Assembly (NCBI GenBank): GCA_964291625.2
Contig: OZ220089.1
Coordinates: 4,160,001 to 4,224,000, forward strand
Reading direction: 5' to 3'
Length of the DNA stretch: 64,000 bases
Source of the DNA: Candidatus Latescibacterota bacterium
GTDB lineage: Bacteria; Latescibacterota; UBA2968; UBA8231
The notes beneath the pieces were generated by a model, which saw nothing but the letters and a program-made list of their open reading frames with translations, made no database searches and was not told the DNA's origin. Below are positions 31,652 to 41,014 of the stretch, piece by piece. A program made the translations under genes and the position numbers. Position 1 is the stretch's first letter; the number at the start of each line of letters is the position of its first letter.

Positions 31652-32728
31652 TCAGCCCAGGTCCAGGTTGAAGTCCGCGGGGTCGAGGCCGCTCTCCCCG
31701 GCCAGTCCCCGCAGGCTGATCAGGACGTCCTCGGGCATGGCGATCCCCTCGGCCAGGGCCCGCTCCCGGTGGTTCCACTCGATCTCGCCCGGCAGGAAGA
31801 TGGTCCCCCCCCTGGCCGGAGAGGCGCCCTTGATCTCCTGGCACATGGCGTCCATGCGGGCGTGGAACTCCTGCAGCGGCATCATGGCGCCCACGTCGAT
31901 GGCGACGAAGGCGTGACCCTGGTTCGAGGGCTCGTCCGTGTCGGCCACCCAGCTGTGGACGCCGCTCATCATCGCCGCTCCGCTGAGGGTGGCCGTCAAC
32001 ATCTCCACCAGCACGGCCAGGCCGTACCCCTTGTGGCCGGCCATGGGCAGCTGCGCCCCCTTCTCGGGAAACCCGGTGGGGTTGGTCGTGGGGACGCCCT
32101 CCTCGTCCACCAGCCAGGTGTCGGGAATGCTGCGGCCTTCGTTCTTTGCCGCGAAGATCTTGGTGGCCGCCACGGCGCTGGTGGCGATGTCGAGCATGAC
32201 CGTGCGGCCGGTGCCGGTCGGTGCGGCGTAGGCGATCGGATTGGTCCCCAGGACCCGGCTCTTGCCGCCCGGCACGGTCATGCACGGTTCGACGTTGCAC
32301 ATGGACAGGCCGATCATGTCGTTCTCGGCGATCATGTTGGCGTAGAACCCGGCGGCGCCGTAGTGGCTGCTGCCCCGGATGCCGATGTAGCACATGCCGC
32401 TTTCGCGGGCCTTGGCGACGGCCCGCTCGACGGCGCGGCAGGAGATCGCCGGCGGCATGCCGTCGCAGGCGTCGATGATCGCCCAGGACGGCCCCTCGGC
32501 GACGACCTTTTCGCTTGCGGTGGCGACCAGGCGTCCTCGACGCGCATTCTGCATCAGGCCGCGGATCTGACGGCTGCCGTGCGTGAAGGTGCCCCACGTG
32601 TCGGTGGTGACGAAGACGTGGGCGCTGAGCTCGGCGTCTTCCCGGCTGAGACCGGCTTTGACCATGGCGGCGGTGCAGAACGCCTTCAGGTCGTCCGGTT
32701 GGATGTTCCGGCGAGTGGATTCAGTCAA
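31652..32728 (-). CDS. Ldh_2 family oxidoreductase (malate/L-lactate/ureidoglycolate dehydrogenase-like)
   Basis: GTFTHG, SSHYGAAGFY, GTNPIAYA, LDIATS, GHKGYGL, LPGE. Confidence 0.93.
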   Translation of the reverse strand: MTESTRRNIQPDDLKAFCTAAMVKAGLSREDAELSAHVFVTTDTWGTFTHGSRQIRGLMQNARRGRLVATASEKVVAEGPSWAIIDACDGMPPAISCRAVERAVAKARESGMCYIGIRGSSHYGAAGFYANMIAENDMIGLSMCNVEPCMTVPGGKSRVLGTNPIAYAAPTGTGRTVMLDIATSAVAATKIFAAKNEGRSIPDTWLVDEEGVPTTNPTGFPEKGAQLPMAGHKGYGLAVLVEMLTATLSGAAMMSGVHSWVADTDEPSNQGHAFVAIDVGAMMPLQEFHARMDAMCQEIKGASPARGGTIFLPGEIEWNHRERALAEGIAMPEDVLISLRGLAGESGLDPADFNLDLG

Positions 32729-32917
32729 TGGATCGGTCCCTCTTGTGGTTGGTGTGGGGTCTGCTCGCAGGGACGTATAGTTTTCCCGGCGGCGCGGTCA
32801 AGGAGGGATGGCTTCCGTCGTCCTTCGGGCCCGTCCTTGACGGGTATGGGAGAGGGCCCTTTCGTGCCCGGCCATCCACTCGCTGACCTGGCATCGCAGT
32901 CACTCCGGGAGACCACA

Positions 32918-33703
32918 ATGGGCGGCAGCACGGGGCTTGAAGAGTACGTGACCATGGAGGAGTACCTCGAGGGCCGGCGCTGCATCATCACCGGCGCCGG
33001 CGGGACGATCGGCAAGCTCCTCGCGACCTTCATCGCCTCGCGCGGCGGAGTCCCCATTCTGGTCGATGTGGTGCCGCAAGAGGAGACCGAGGAGGCCGTT
33101 GCAGCCTACGGCGGCGACTACAGCTCACACCGCGTGGACCTGAGCGATGTGGATCAGATCAGGTCCTTCTACGCCGAGATCGCCGAACGCTACGACGGCC
33201 TCGACCTGCTCATCAACAACGCCGGCCTCCTCAGCGAGGTGAAGCTCCTCGACATGACCGAGGACGACTGGGACCGCGTCCTCGACGTGAATGCCAGGGG
33301 CGCGGCCTTCATGAGCCAGGGCGCGGTGGGCCTGATGCAGCATGGCAGCGGCGACCGGCAGATCATCAATATCGTGTCCCTGGCCGCACTGGTGGGCGGG
33401 CTGTACGTGGGGGCGCCCTATGTCTGCAGCAAGGCGGCCCTCCTCGGGCTCAGCCGCAACTACGCGGTGCAGGCGGGCCGGGAGTTCGGGATTCGCGTCA
33501 ACTCCATCAGCCCGGTCATCGTAAGGGGCCAGATGATCTCCAACACGCCCCGCGAGGCGATCGACGGGGTGAAGAGCCTGATGAAGGTGTGGAACCAGGA
33601 AGTGCCGCCCGTGCACCTCCTCTACGTTCTTGAAATGTTGTGCAGGACTCCGTCGATGACGGGAAAGAACATCGTCCTCGACGGCGGCATTCTGCTGGAG
33701 TAG
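32918..33703 (+). CDS. Short-chain dehydrogenase/reductase
   Basis: TGAGGTIG, NNAG, YxxxK (YVCSK), IRVNSISP. Confidence 0.92.
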   Translation: MGGSTGLEEYVTMEEYLEGRRCIITGAGGTIGKLLATFIASRGGVPILVDVVPQEETEEAVAAYGGDYSSHRVDLSDVDQIRSFYAEIAERYDGLDLLINNAGLLSEVKLLDMTEDDWDRVLDVNARGAAFMSQGAVGLMQHGSGDRQIINIVSLAALVGGLYVGAPYVCSKAALLGLSRNYAVQAGREFGIRVNSISPVIVRGQMISNTPREAIDGVKSLMKVWNQEVPPVHLLYVLEMLCRTPSMTGKNIVLDGGILLE

Positions 33704-33705
33704 GC

Positions 33706-34503
33706 ATGGCTTTCGATACCACTCTCCACGACCCCGCGCTGAGCGCCGCCGAGCTCCAGCGGTTTCGCGAACAGGGCTACGTGCGCCTCGGCCACGTGGC
33801 TCCCCGGGAGGAGATCGGGGCCCTCTGCCGGCGCATCGACCAGATCATGCTCGGCGAGGTGCGCTACGACAGCATGCTCATGCAGCTGTGCCCTTCAGCC
33901 GGCAACCCCGAACTGTCGCGGCAGACCAGGCAGTTCAAGGGGTCCTCCCTCAAGTACCGCAAGATCCAGGACCTGGAGCAGGACCCGCTGTTTCTGGACT
34001 ACATGCAGAAGCCGCTCTTCCGCGACTTGACCGCGAAGATCGTCGGCCCGGAGATCTCGGTCTTCCGCGCCATGTTCTTCAACAAGCCCGCGGAGCAGGG
34101 CGTCATGATCAACTGGCACCAGGACGGCGCCGGCGGCTGGCAACTGAGCATTCCCCCCAGGGTCACGGTGTGGACGGCCCTCGACGACACGTGCGTTGCC
34201 AACGGCTGCCTGCAGATCATCCCGGGCTCGCACCACACCATGATCCCCGAGAAGGGCGACCAGCTCTCGGCGGGGGAGCGCGCCCTGCACGCCCCGGACG
34301 AGAAGCGGCTGTACCTGGAACTGGACAAGGGCGAGGTGGTGCTCCTGCACAACTGGACCCTGCACCGCTCGGAGACGAACAGCACCGACCGCCCGCGCCG
34401 CGCCTTCAGCGTCTGCTACATCGACGCGGCCACCCGCCAGACGACCACGGGGCGCGCCTATCCCCGCGTCTTCCCGGACTACCAGCCCATCACAGATAGT
34501 TGA
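33706..34503 (+). CDS. PhyH-family dioxygenase
   Basis: WHQD, NGCLQIIPGSH, LHRSETNSTDRPRR. Confidence 0.92.
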   Translation: MAFDTTLHDPALSAAELQRFREQGYVRLGHVAPREEIGALCRRIDQIMLGEVRYDSMLMQLCPSAGNPELSRQTRQFKGSSLKYRKIQDLEQDPLFLDYMQKPLFRDLTAKIVGPEISVFRAMFFNKPAEQGVMINWHQDGAGGWQLSIPPRVTVWTALDDTCVANGCLQIIPGSHHTMIPEKGDQLSAGERALHAPDEKRLYLELDKGEVVLLHNWTLHRSETNSTDRPRRAFSVCYIDAATRQTTTGRAYPRVFPDYQPITDS

Positions 34504-35938
34504 TGAAGGCGACCTTGTGCTCGGTGAAGAACTCGATCCCGGTGTCGCCCGATTCGGGGATCCCGTGCCCCGACGACTTCACCCCGCCGAATGAGAGCTG
34601 GGGTTCGCGGTAGGCCGTCATCATGTTGACGTGGGTCAGCCCCACGTCGGTCTCTTCGAGGAACCGGAAGGCCCGCCCCATGTCGCGCGTGAAGATCGAC
34701 GACGCCAGCCCGAACTCCACGCCATTGGCGATCTCCAGGGCTTCGGAGAAGTCCTCCGCCACCATCAGGCACAACACCGGGCCGAAGATCTCCTCCTGGG
34801 CGATTCGCATCTGCGGCTGCACGTCGGTGAAGACCGTGGGCGCCATGAAGCACCCCTTGTCGAGTCCGTTCCCGGTCAGGCGCTCGCCTCCGTGGGCGAG
34901 GCAGGCCCCCTCCGCCTGGCCGATCTCGATGTAGCCCTCGATGGTCTCGAGCTGGTCCGTGCCGCACACCGGTCCCATGTCCACCCCGTCCTCGGTCCCG
35001 CGCCCAACGCGGATTCCCCTGACGCGCTCCAGCACCTTGGCGGTGAAGGCCGCGGCGACCTCGCCCTCGGCGATGGCCCGGCTCGTGGAAGTGCACCACT
35101 GGCCGGCGCAGGCGTAGGCCGCCTTGACGACGGCATCCGCGGCCAGGTCGAGGTCGGCGTCGGCCAGGATCACCGCGGGGTTCTTGCCGCCCATCTCCAG
35201 CTGCGTGCGGATCATCCCCCGGGCGGCGCGCTGCTGAATCCCCCGGCCCACCTCGGTCGAGCCGGTAAAGGAGATCGACTGCACCAGGGGATGGGTGATC
35301 ATCGTCTCTCCGACGGTGCTCCCCCCGCCGCAGACGAAGTTCAGCACCCCCGGAGGCAGTCCCGCCTCGGCGAAGATGTCGACGAAAGCCCGCCCGGCTC
35401 CGGGCGTCAGGCTCGCCGGCTTGAAGACGATGGTGTTGCCGCTGACCAGCGCCGGCGTGCACTTGCGGCCCGGCACGTTGAAGGGAAAGTTCCAGGGGCT
35501 GATGATCGACGCCACCCCGAGGGGCCGCCGCACGCCGTAGGCGAACACCCCGGCCTGCGCCGAGGGCGCGGTCTGGCCGCACATGGAGATCCCCCGGGCG
35601 ATCTGGAACTCCATCTCGCGCACCGCCGACGCCACTTCGGTGCGCCCTTCGTCGAGGGTCTTGCCGTTCTCCGCGGTGAGGACGGCGGCGATTTCCTCGG
35701 TCCGCCCTTTGAGCACCGCCACGGCCCTCGACAGGTGCTCCGCTCGCTGGTACACGCCCATCTCCGCCCATGCCGGAAACGCCGCGTGGGCCGCTTCGAT
35801 GGCTTGCCCGGCGTCGGCGCTGGTGCCCTGGGGCCACTCCCCGGTTACGTGCTCCAGGTCGGCGGGATTGCGCTGGGAAAAGGTCTTTCCGTTCGAGGCG
35901 CCGACCGACCGGCCGTCGATGTAGTTCAGAGATTCCAT
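34490..35938 (-). CDS. Aldehyde dehydrogenase (alpha-ketoglutaric semialdehyde dehydrogenase-like)
   Basis: PWNFP, FTGSTEVG, LEMGGKNP, catalytic Cys in GQWCT, EEIFGPV. Confidence 0.95.
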   Translation of the reverse strand: MESLNYIDGRSVGASNGKTFSQRNPADLEHVTGEWPQGTSADAGQAIEAAHAAFPAWAEMGVYQRAEHLSRAVAVLKGRTEEIAAVLTAENGKTLDEGRTEVASAVREMEFQIARGISMCGQTAPSAQAGVFAYGVRRPLGVASIISPWNFPFNVPGRKCTPALVSGNTIVFKPASLTPGAGRAFVDIFAEAGLPPGVLNFVCGGGSTVGETMITHPLVQSISFTGSTEVGRGIQQRAARGMIRTQLEMGGKNPAVILADADLDLAADAVVKAAYACAGQWCTSTSRAIAEGEVAAAFTAKVLERVRGIRVGRGTEDGVDMGPVCGTDQLETIEGYIEIGQAEGACLAHGGERLTGNGLDKGCFMAPTVFTDVQPQMRIAQEEIFGPVLCLMVAEDFSEALEIANGVEFGLASSIFTRDMGRAFRFLEETDVGLTHVNMMTAYREPQLSFGGVKSSGHGIPESGDTGIEFFTEHKVAFINYL

Positions 35939-36186
35939 GGGAGCTCCAGTGAGAAGTGATTCGTGGATGCGCTGCGGCGCCCCGGACCGGGGACCGTGGC
36001 TGACCCCGCGGCGTCAGCAGCAGTCATGTACGCACTCCGCGGGTTGTGGTATCTTGTGCCGGCCGGAATCAAGGAGGTCCCGGCTCGGCGCCGCCACTCC
36101 GCCGCGAAGGGTGGACGCCATCCGGGTTGCGTGCAAGGCGAGGGACCGGTAGCAGCCTCCTCCTGCAACCACGAGGATCGAGTCCC

Positions 36187-37941
36187 ATGAGCCGACTGGG
36201 CGCCCTGAGCGCCGCGGGGGCAGCGGCCGTCCTCTGCCTGGCCCCGCCCGCGGGCGGGGCCGATCAACCCGCGCCTCCTCCCGCGGTGGAGTACGTCGAC
36301 GTGGCCGGGCAGGTCGGGGTCGACTTCCGGCACGTCACCGGCGCGAGCGGCCGGCGGTACTTCCCGGAGACCATGGGCTCCGGGGTCGGCTTCGTCGACT
36401 TCGACGGCGACCAGGACCTGGACATCTACTTCGTCAACGGCGCCGCCTTCCCGGGATACGAGGGACCGCCGGGCCCGGTCAACGCCCTCTTTCGCAACGA
36501 CGGCGGCCGCTTCGTGGAGGCGGCGCGGGAGGCCGGCGTGGCCGACCCCGGCCACGGCATGGGGTGCGCCTTCGCCGACCATGACAACGACGGCGACGCC
36601 GACCTCTACCTGACCAACTACGGCGCCAACGTCTTCTACCGGAACGACGGCGGCGGCAGGTACCGCGATGTCACCCGCCAGGCCGCGGCGGCGGACACCG
36701 CCTGGAGCACGGGCAGCACCTTCTTCGACTACGACAACGACGGCGACCTCGACCTCTACGTGGCCAACTACGTCCACTACGACCTCGCCTTCGCGGGCAA
36801 GGACCTGGAAGCCTATCTGCCCGTCTCACGGCGGGCCCCGGGAGAAGGGATCGAGGCCTACCCCCATCCGCGGAACTTCGCCGGCGCCGAGGACCACCTG
36901 TTCCGCAACGAGGGCGGCGGCCGTTTCCGCGACGTCACCCGGCCGGCCGGGCTGGTGGACACCTCGGCCGCGGCCGGACGGGGGCTGGGCGTGGTGGCCA
37001 CCGACTACGACAACGACGGCTGGAGCGACCTCTACGTGGCCAACGACGCCGTGCCCAACTTCCTATACCACAACGAGGGCGGCGGGCGCTTCTCGGAGGT
37101 CGGCGGCGTGGCCGGCGTGGCCTACGGCGAGGACGGCCAGGAGGAGGCGGGGATGGGGGTCGACGCCGCCGACTACGACAACGACGGCCGCGCGGACCTG
37201 GTGGTCACCAATTTCGAGAACGAGCCCAACAGCCTCTACCGGAACCGGGGGAGCGGGTACTTCCCCCACGCCTCTTTCCCCGCCGGGGTCGGCCGGGTCA
37301 GCCTGCGCTTCCTCTCCTTCGGCATCGGATTTCTCGACTACGACAACGACGGCTACCAGGACCTGTTCGTCGCCAACGGCCACGTCCTCGACAACGCCTC
37401 CGCCTTCCACAAGTCCAGCCGCTACGGCCAGCCGAACCAGTTGCTGCGGAACCTGGGGCCCGACGCCGCCGGCCGCTACCGCTTCCGCGACATCTCGTCG
37501 CGGGCGGGGGAGGCCCTGACCCGGGCGCGGGTCAGCCGCGGCTGCGCCGTGGGCGACTACGACGACGACGGCGACACCGACATCGTGGTCAGCAACAGCG
37601 GGCAGCCGGCGGCCCTGCTGCGCAACGAGGGCGGGAACTCGCGCCGCTGGCTCACCATCTCCGCCCGGGGCGGGCCCGGCAACCGCGACGCCATCGGCGC
37701 GCGGATCGAGGTGTGGGCGGGGGACCTCTACCAGGTGAGGGAGGTCCGGGGCAGCTTCAGCTATCTTTCGCAGCGGGACCTGCGGGTGAGCTTCGGCCTG
37801 GGCGCCCGGACGCGGGTCGACTCGCTGCGGGTCCACTGGCCCGGCGGCGGCGTCGAGCGCCTGGCCGATCTGCAGGCCGATCGCTTCGTCACGCTGGTCG
37901 AGGGCCGGGTGGGACACCCCGACCCGGCTCCCGGCCCTTGA
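36187..37941 (+). CDS. CRTAC1/ASPIC-UnbV family FG-GAP repeat secreted protein
   Basis: Signal peptide, repeated DYDNDGxxDLYVxN motifs, C-terminal NRDAIGARI...SQRDLRVSFGLG...VHWPGG. Confidence 0.92.
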   Translation: MSRLGALSAAGAAAVLCLAPPAGGADQPAPPPAVEYVDVAGQVGVDFRHVTGASGRRYFPETMGSGVGFVDFDGDQDLDIYFVNGAAFPGYEGPPGPVNALFRNDGGRFVEAAREAGVADPGHGMGCAFADHDNDGDADLYLTNYGANVFYRNDGGGRYRDVTRQAAAADTAWSTGSTFFDYDNDGDLDLYVANYVHYDLAFAGKDLEAYLPVSRRAPGEGIEAYPHPRNFAGAEDHLFRNEGGGRFRDVTRPAGLVDTSAAAGRGLGVVATDYDNDGWSDLYVANDAVPNFLYHNEGGGRFSEVGGVAGVAYGEDGQEEAGMGVDAADYDNDGRADLVVTNFENEPNSLYRNRGSGYFPHASFPAGVGRVSLRFLSFGIGFLDYDNDGYQDLFVANGHVLDNASAFHKSSRYGQPNQLLRNLGPDAAGRYRFRDISSRAGEALTRARVSRGCAVGDYDDDGDTDIVVSNSGQPAALLRNEGGNSRRWLTISARGGPGNRDAIGARIEVWAGDLYQVREVRGSFSYLSQRDLRVSFGLGARTRVDSLRVHWPGGGVERLADLQADRFVTLVEGRVGHPDPAPGP

Positions 37942-37964
37942 AAGCTCATACAGGAGGAGCACAC

Positions 37965-39851
37965 ATGGCAGTCACCCTGGAAGCCCGCGAGTCCGCCCGG
38001 ACGCCACCGCAGTGGGCCGTGTTGCAGCGCCAGCTCTTCGACGCCATCGAGGACGCCGCTCCGCGGGCCCTCGAGCGGTACACCCATCCGGACGGGCGCC
38101 TGCTCTGGCCCCCGAGTCCCGACTTCCAGAGCATCGACGCCCTGGACGACTGCTACGAGAGCTTCCACAACTGGCCCCTCTTCTACCTGCTCGGCGGCAG
38201 CGACCGCTTCCTGGCCGACGGCCAGCGGGAGTTCGACGCCATCAACGAGCAGATGAGCCGACATGGCACCGGGCACGGCTACCCCATGGTGGTGGGGGAG
38301 TACCAGCCGGGCTACGACTGGTTCCACCAGGGCGAGGGCAACTACCTGTTCTACATGCTCTGCATGGCCGATCCGGCCAACGGGGCCAACATCGAGCGGG
38401 CCCGGCGCTTCGCCGGGCTGTTCCTCGGTGAGGACCCGGAGGCGCCCAACTACGACCCGGAGCACCGGATCATCCGCTGCGCGAGGAACGGCAGCAAGGG
38501 GCCGGCCTGGTGGGCCTTCGACGAAGGCCCCCACTGGCCCTACGAGGGCTACAACCTGCCCTTCTACGACGTGCCGGGATGCACCGATCACGAGGCGGTG
38601 CGAGCCGATCCCGAGCTGGGCGTGCGGCTGGGGGAGGCGATGCGCGACCGCATGGGTCGCGGCGACGCCGTGGTCAACCTCCTGGCCACCACCCTGGCGG
38701 CCAACGCCTTCCTGCTGACGGGGGACGGGAAGTACCGCGACTGGGTCCTGGAGTACACCGAGGCGTGGATGGAGCGCGCCGGCGCCAACGGCGGCATCGT
38801 GCCCGACAACGTCGGCCTCTCCGGGGTCGTGGGCGAGCACCTCAACGGCAAGTGGTACGGGTCGATGTACGGCTGGGCCTGGCCCCACGGCTGGCACAGC
38901 GTCGGGCAGGCCGTGGGGGTGGCGGCCCAGAACTGCGCCCTGCTGACGCGGCGGCTGGAGTACATGGAGTTTGCGCGGTCGCAGATCGACGCCCTCGTCT
39001 CCCGCGGGATCGAGCGCGACGACCAGCTCTACGTGCCCCACAAGTACGACGATCCCGGGCTCGTCGACTACAAGCCGGGCGAGTGGATGTGGTACCCCAT
39101 CCGCAAGGAGGACGGCACCGCCCTGCAGCAGGACGGCTGGTTCGAGTTCATGCCCATGTACCCGTCCGACATCGCCCACCTGTGGTGCATGTCGATGGAC
39201 CGGGCCGACTCGGGGCGGTTCGAGCGGACCCGCAAGCGCTCGGGCGACCCCTTCGACATCAGCTCGTGGCACCACACCAAGGACCAGGGCGGGCACGACT
39301 GGGGCTGGATGGCGTACCTGCACGGCGGGTTCCCCGAGTATCCGGAGCGGATCCTGCAGCACAATCTGGACCAGATGCAGGCGCGCCTCGACTTCATGGC
39401 CCAGGACGAGCAGGACCCCGCCACCTACAACGACGCCTATTTCCAGCAGCGGAACCCGGTCACCTGCGAAGGCCTGGTGCAACTCACCCTGGGCGCCCCC
39501 CTCCCGCACTACAACGGGGGTCTGCTGGTCACGCGGCTGCGTCACTTCGACATCCAGCGCCGCCGGCCGGGGCTGCCGCCCGACGTGGCCGCCCTGGTCT
39601 CGGGGCTGAGCGGCGACCGGGCCGAGCTGACCATGGTGAACCTGAGCCCGACGGAGCGCCGCGAGGTGCTGATCCAGGCGGGGGGCATGGGGGAGCACGA
39701 GTTCACCGAGGTCGAGGTCGACGGGGCGGATCGGCGGGTTCCGGTGAACGCCGGAACTTTCGCGCTGGCCCTGCCCCCGAGCACCCGGGCCCGGCTCGTG
39801 CTGGGCATGGAGCGGTATGTCCACGAGCCGAGCCTGGCCCTGCCGTGGTGA
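37965..39851 (+). CDS. Conserved hypothetical protein, probable (alpha/alpha)6-barrel enzyme
   Basis: Strong RBS AGGAGGAG, GC3-biased codons, aromatic/acidic motifs DDCYESFHNWPLFYLLGG and YDWFHQGEG. The fold is inference. Confidence 0.75.
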   Translation: MAVTLEARESARTPPQWAVLQRQLFDAIEDAAPRALERYTHPDGRLLWPPSPDFQSIDALDDCYESFHNWPLFYLLGGSDRFLADGQREFDAINEQMSRHGTGHGYPMVVGEYQPGYDWFHQGEGNYLFYMLCMADPANGANIERARRFAGLFLGEDPEAPNYDPEHRIIRCARNGSKGPAWWAFDEGPHWPYEGYNLPFYDVPGCTDHEAVRADPELGVRLGEAMRDRMGRGDAVVNLLATTLAANAFLLTGDGKYRDWVLEYTEAWMERAGANGGIVPDNVGLSGVVGEHLNGKWYGSMYGWAWPHGWHSVGQAVGVAAQNCALLTRRLEYMEFARSQIDALVSRGIERDDQLYVPHKYDDPGLVDYKPGEWMWYPIRKEDGTALQQDGWFEFMPMYPSDIAHLWCMSMDRADSGRFERTRKRSGDPFDISSWHHTKDQGGHDWGWMAYLHGGFPEYPERILQHNLDQMQARLDFMAQDEQDPATYNDAYFQQRNPVTCEGLVQLTLGAPLPHYNGGLLVTRLRHFDIQRRRPGLPPDVAALVSGLSGDRAELTMVNLSPTERREVLIQAGGMGEHEFTEVEVDGADRRVPVNAGTFALALPPSTRARLVLGMERYVHEPSLALPW

Positions 39852-39863
39852 AGGTCGAGAGCG

Positions 39864-40744
39864 CTATGGTCCCGCCGCCCACTCCTCGTAGGCCCGGCGC
39901 ACCGCTTCGCGATCGACGAACGGCCGGTACAGGAGCCGCGCACGGTAGCGGTATGTGCGGCCGATCTCCGGGGCGCGGATGACGTACTGCCAGTCCCAGG
40001 CCGGGCTGTGCGGGTCCGGCCGTCCGCGCTCGTCCGGATGAAGTTCCACAGGGCGAAGCGGACCGGCGCCTCCTGGTCGAACATCATGGCGTAGACCATC
40101 CCGCTCTCCGCCAGACCGTAGTAGAAGGGCCGCAGGAAGCGCTTCCGGGGATCCTCGACGATGTTGAGGGTTTGCGCCCCTTCCTCGTACGGGAGGGGAT
40201 CGGCCGAGGCGTGGGCGACGGTGCCGGTCTCGAAGCCGCCGTCGGCGAGGTCCTCGCCGAAGCGGACCCAGCCCTCCTCCCCGTCGCAGGTCCCGTGGAA
40301 GTGAATCTCCCGGCCGCGGGTGCGGTTCATGTAGGAGGCCCACATGAAGGCGACGTACCCGAGGGGGGCGCAGCCCTCGTCGGTCAGGCGGGCGGTGAAC
40401 TCCATGTCGACGCAGTCCGGCCCGAGGCGGTAGCGCATCTCGCTCTCGATCCCCCAGGAGGAGTCGGCGGCCGGGTGGCGGACCGACGCTTCGCCGGGCG
40501 CGTGGGAGAGGAGGAGGCAGCGGTCCCTGCGGGGGGTGAACATCGAGCGGGGGGCGTCGGCGGCGGCGCCGTTCATGACGTGCTCGAAGTTCAGGCCCAC
40601 GGCGTCGTCCCGGAAGAGGTTGCGGTCGGGGCGGCTTTCGTGGCACAGGGGGGTGAAGCCGCTCCCCTGGCGGTCGGCGTTCGCCTCGTTGTCGAGGAGG
40701 AGGCCTTTGAAGGAGCCGCCTTCCAGTTCGATCGTCTCGGCCAT
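39864..40744 (-). CDS. Hypothetical galactose-mutarotase-like (beta-sandwich) protein, split by an apparent frameshift near 40035
   Basis: MAETIELEGG...GLNFEH...FMWASYM...FALWNFIR in one frame continues as DERGRPDPHSPAWDWQYVI...YEEWAAGP* in another. One extra G restores the frame. Confidence 0.65.
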
Positions 40745-41014
40745 GCTGAATCCCCGTGCTTGCCGCGGCGCACGCCCGCCGAGGGACACCGGCCTGGGGA
40801 CCGGTCTCGGTCGGGGCCCCTCGGGCGGCTCTCATCCGCGCCTCGCCGGCGCGGCACCCTTCCCTATACTAGACGGACCCGACGTGCCAGGGGAAGCCGG
40901 CTCCGGGTGGGCTGTCCCGACCACGGGCCCCGCGGCGCCCCACGCACTCCCGGTGGGACCACCGCTGCAGCCGCTCCCCCGGGTCCCGCCCCGTGATCGA
41001 GTGGGAGCCCGCGA

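Noticed and set aside
31769-32917. N-terminal extension of the SDR ORF (644 aa)
   Set aside because: It is antisense to the Ldh_2 gene. The SDR begins near 32918.
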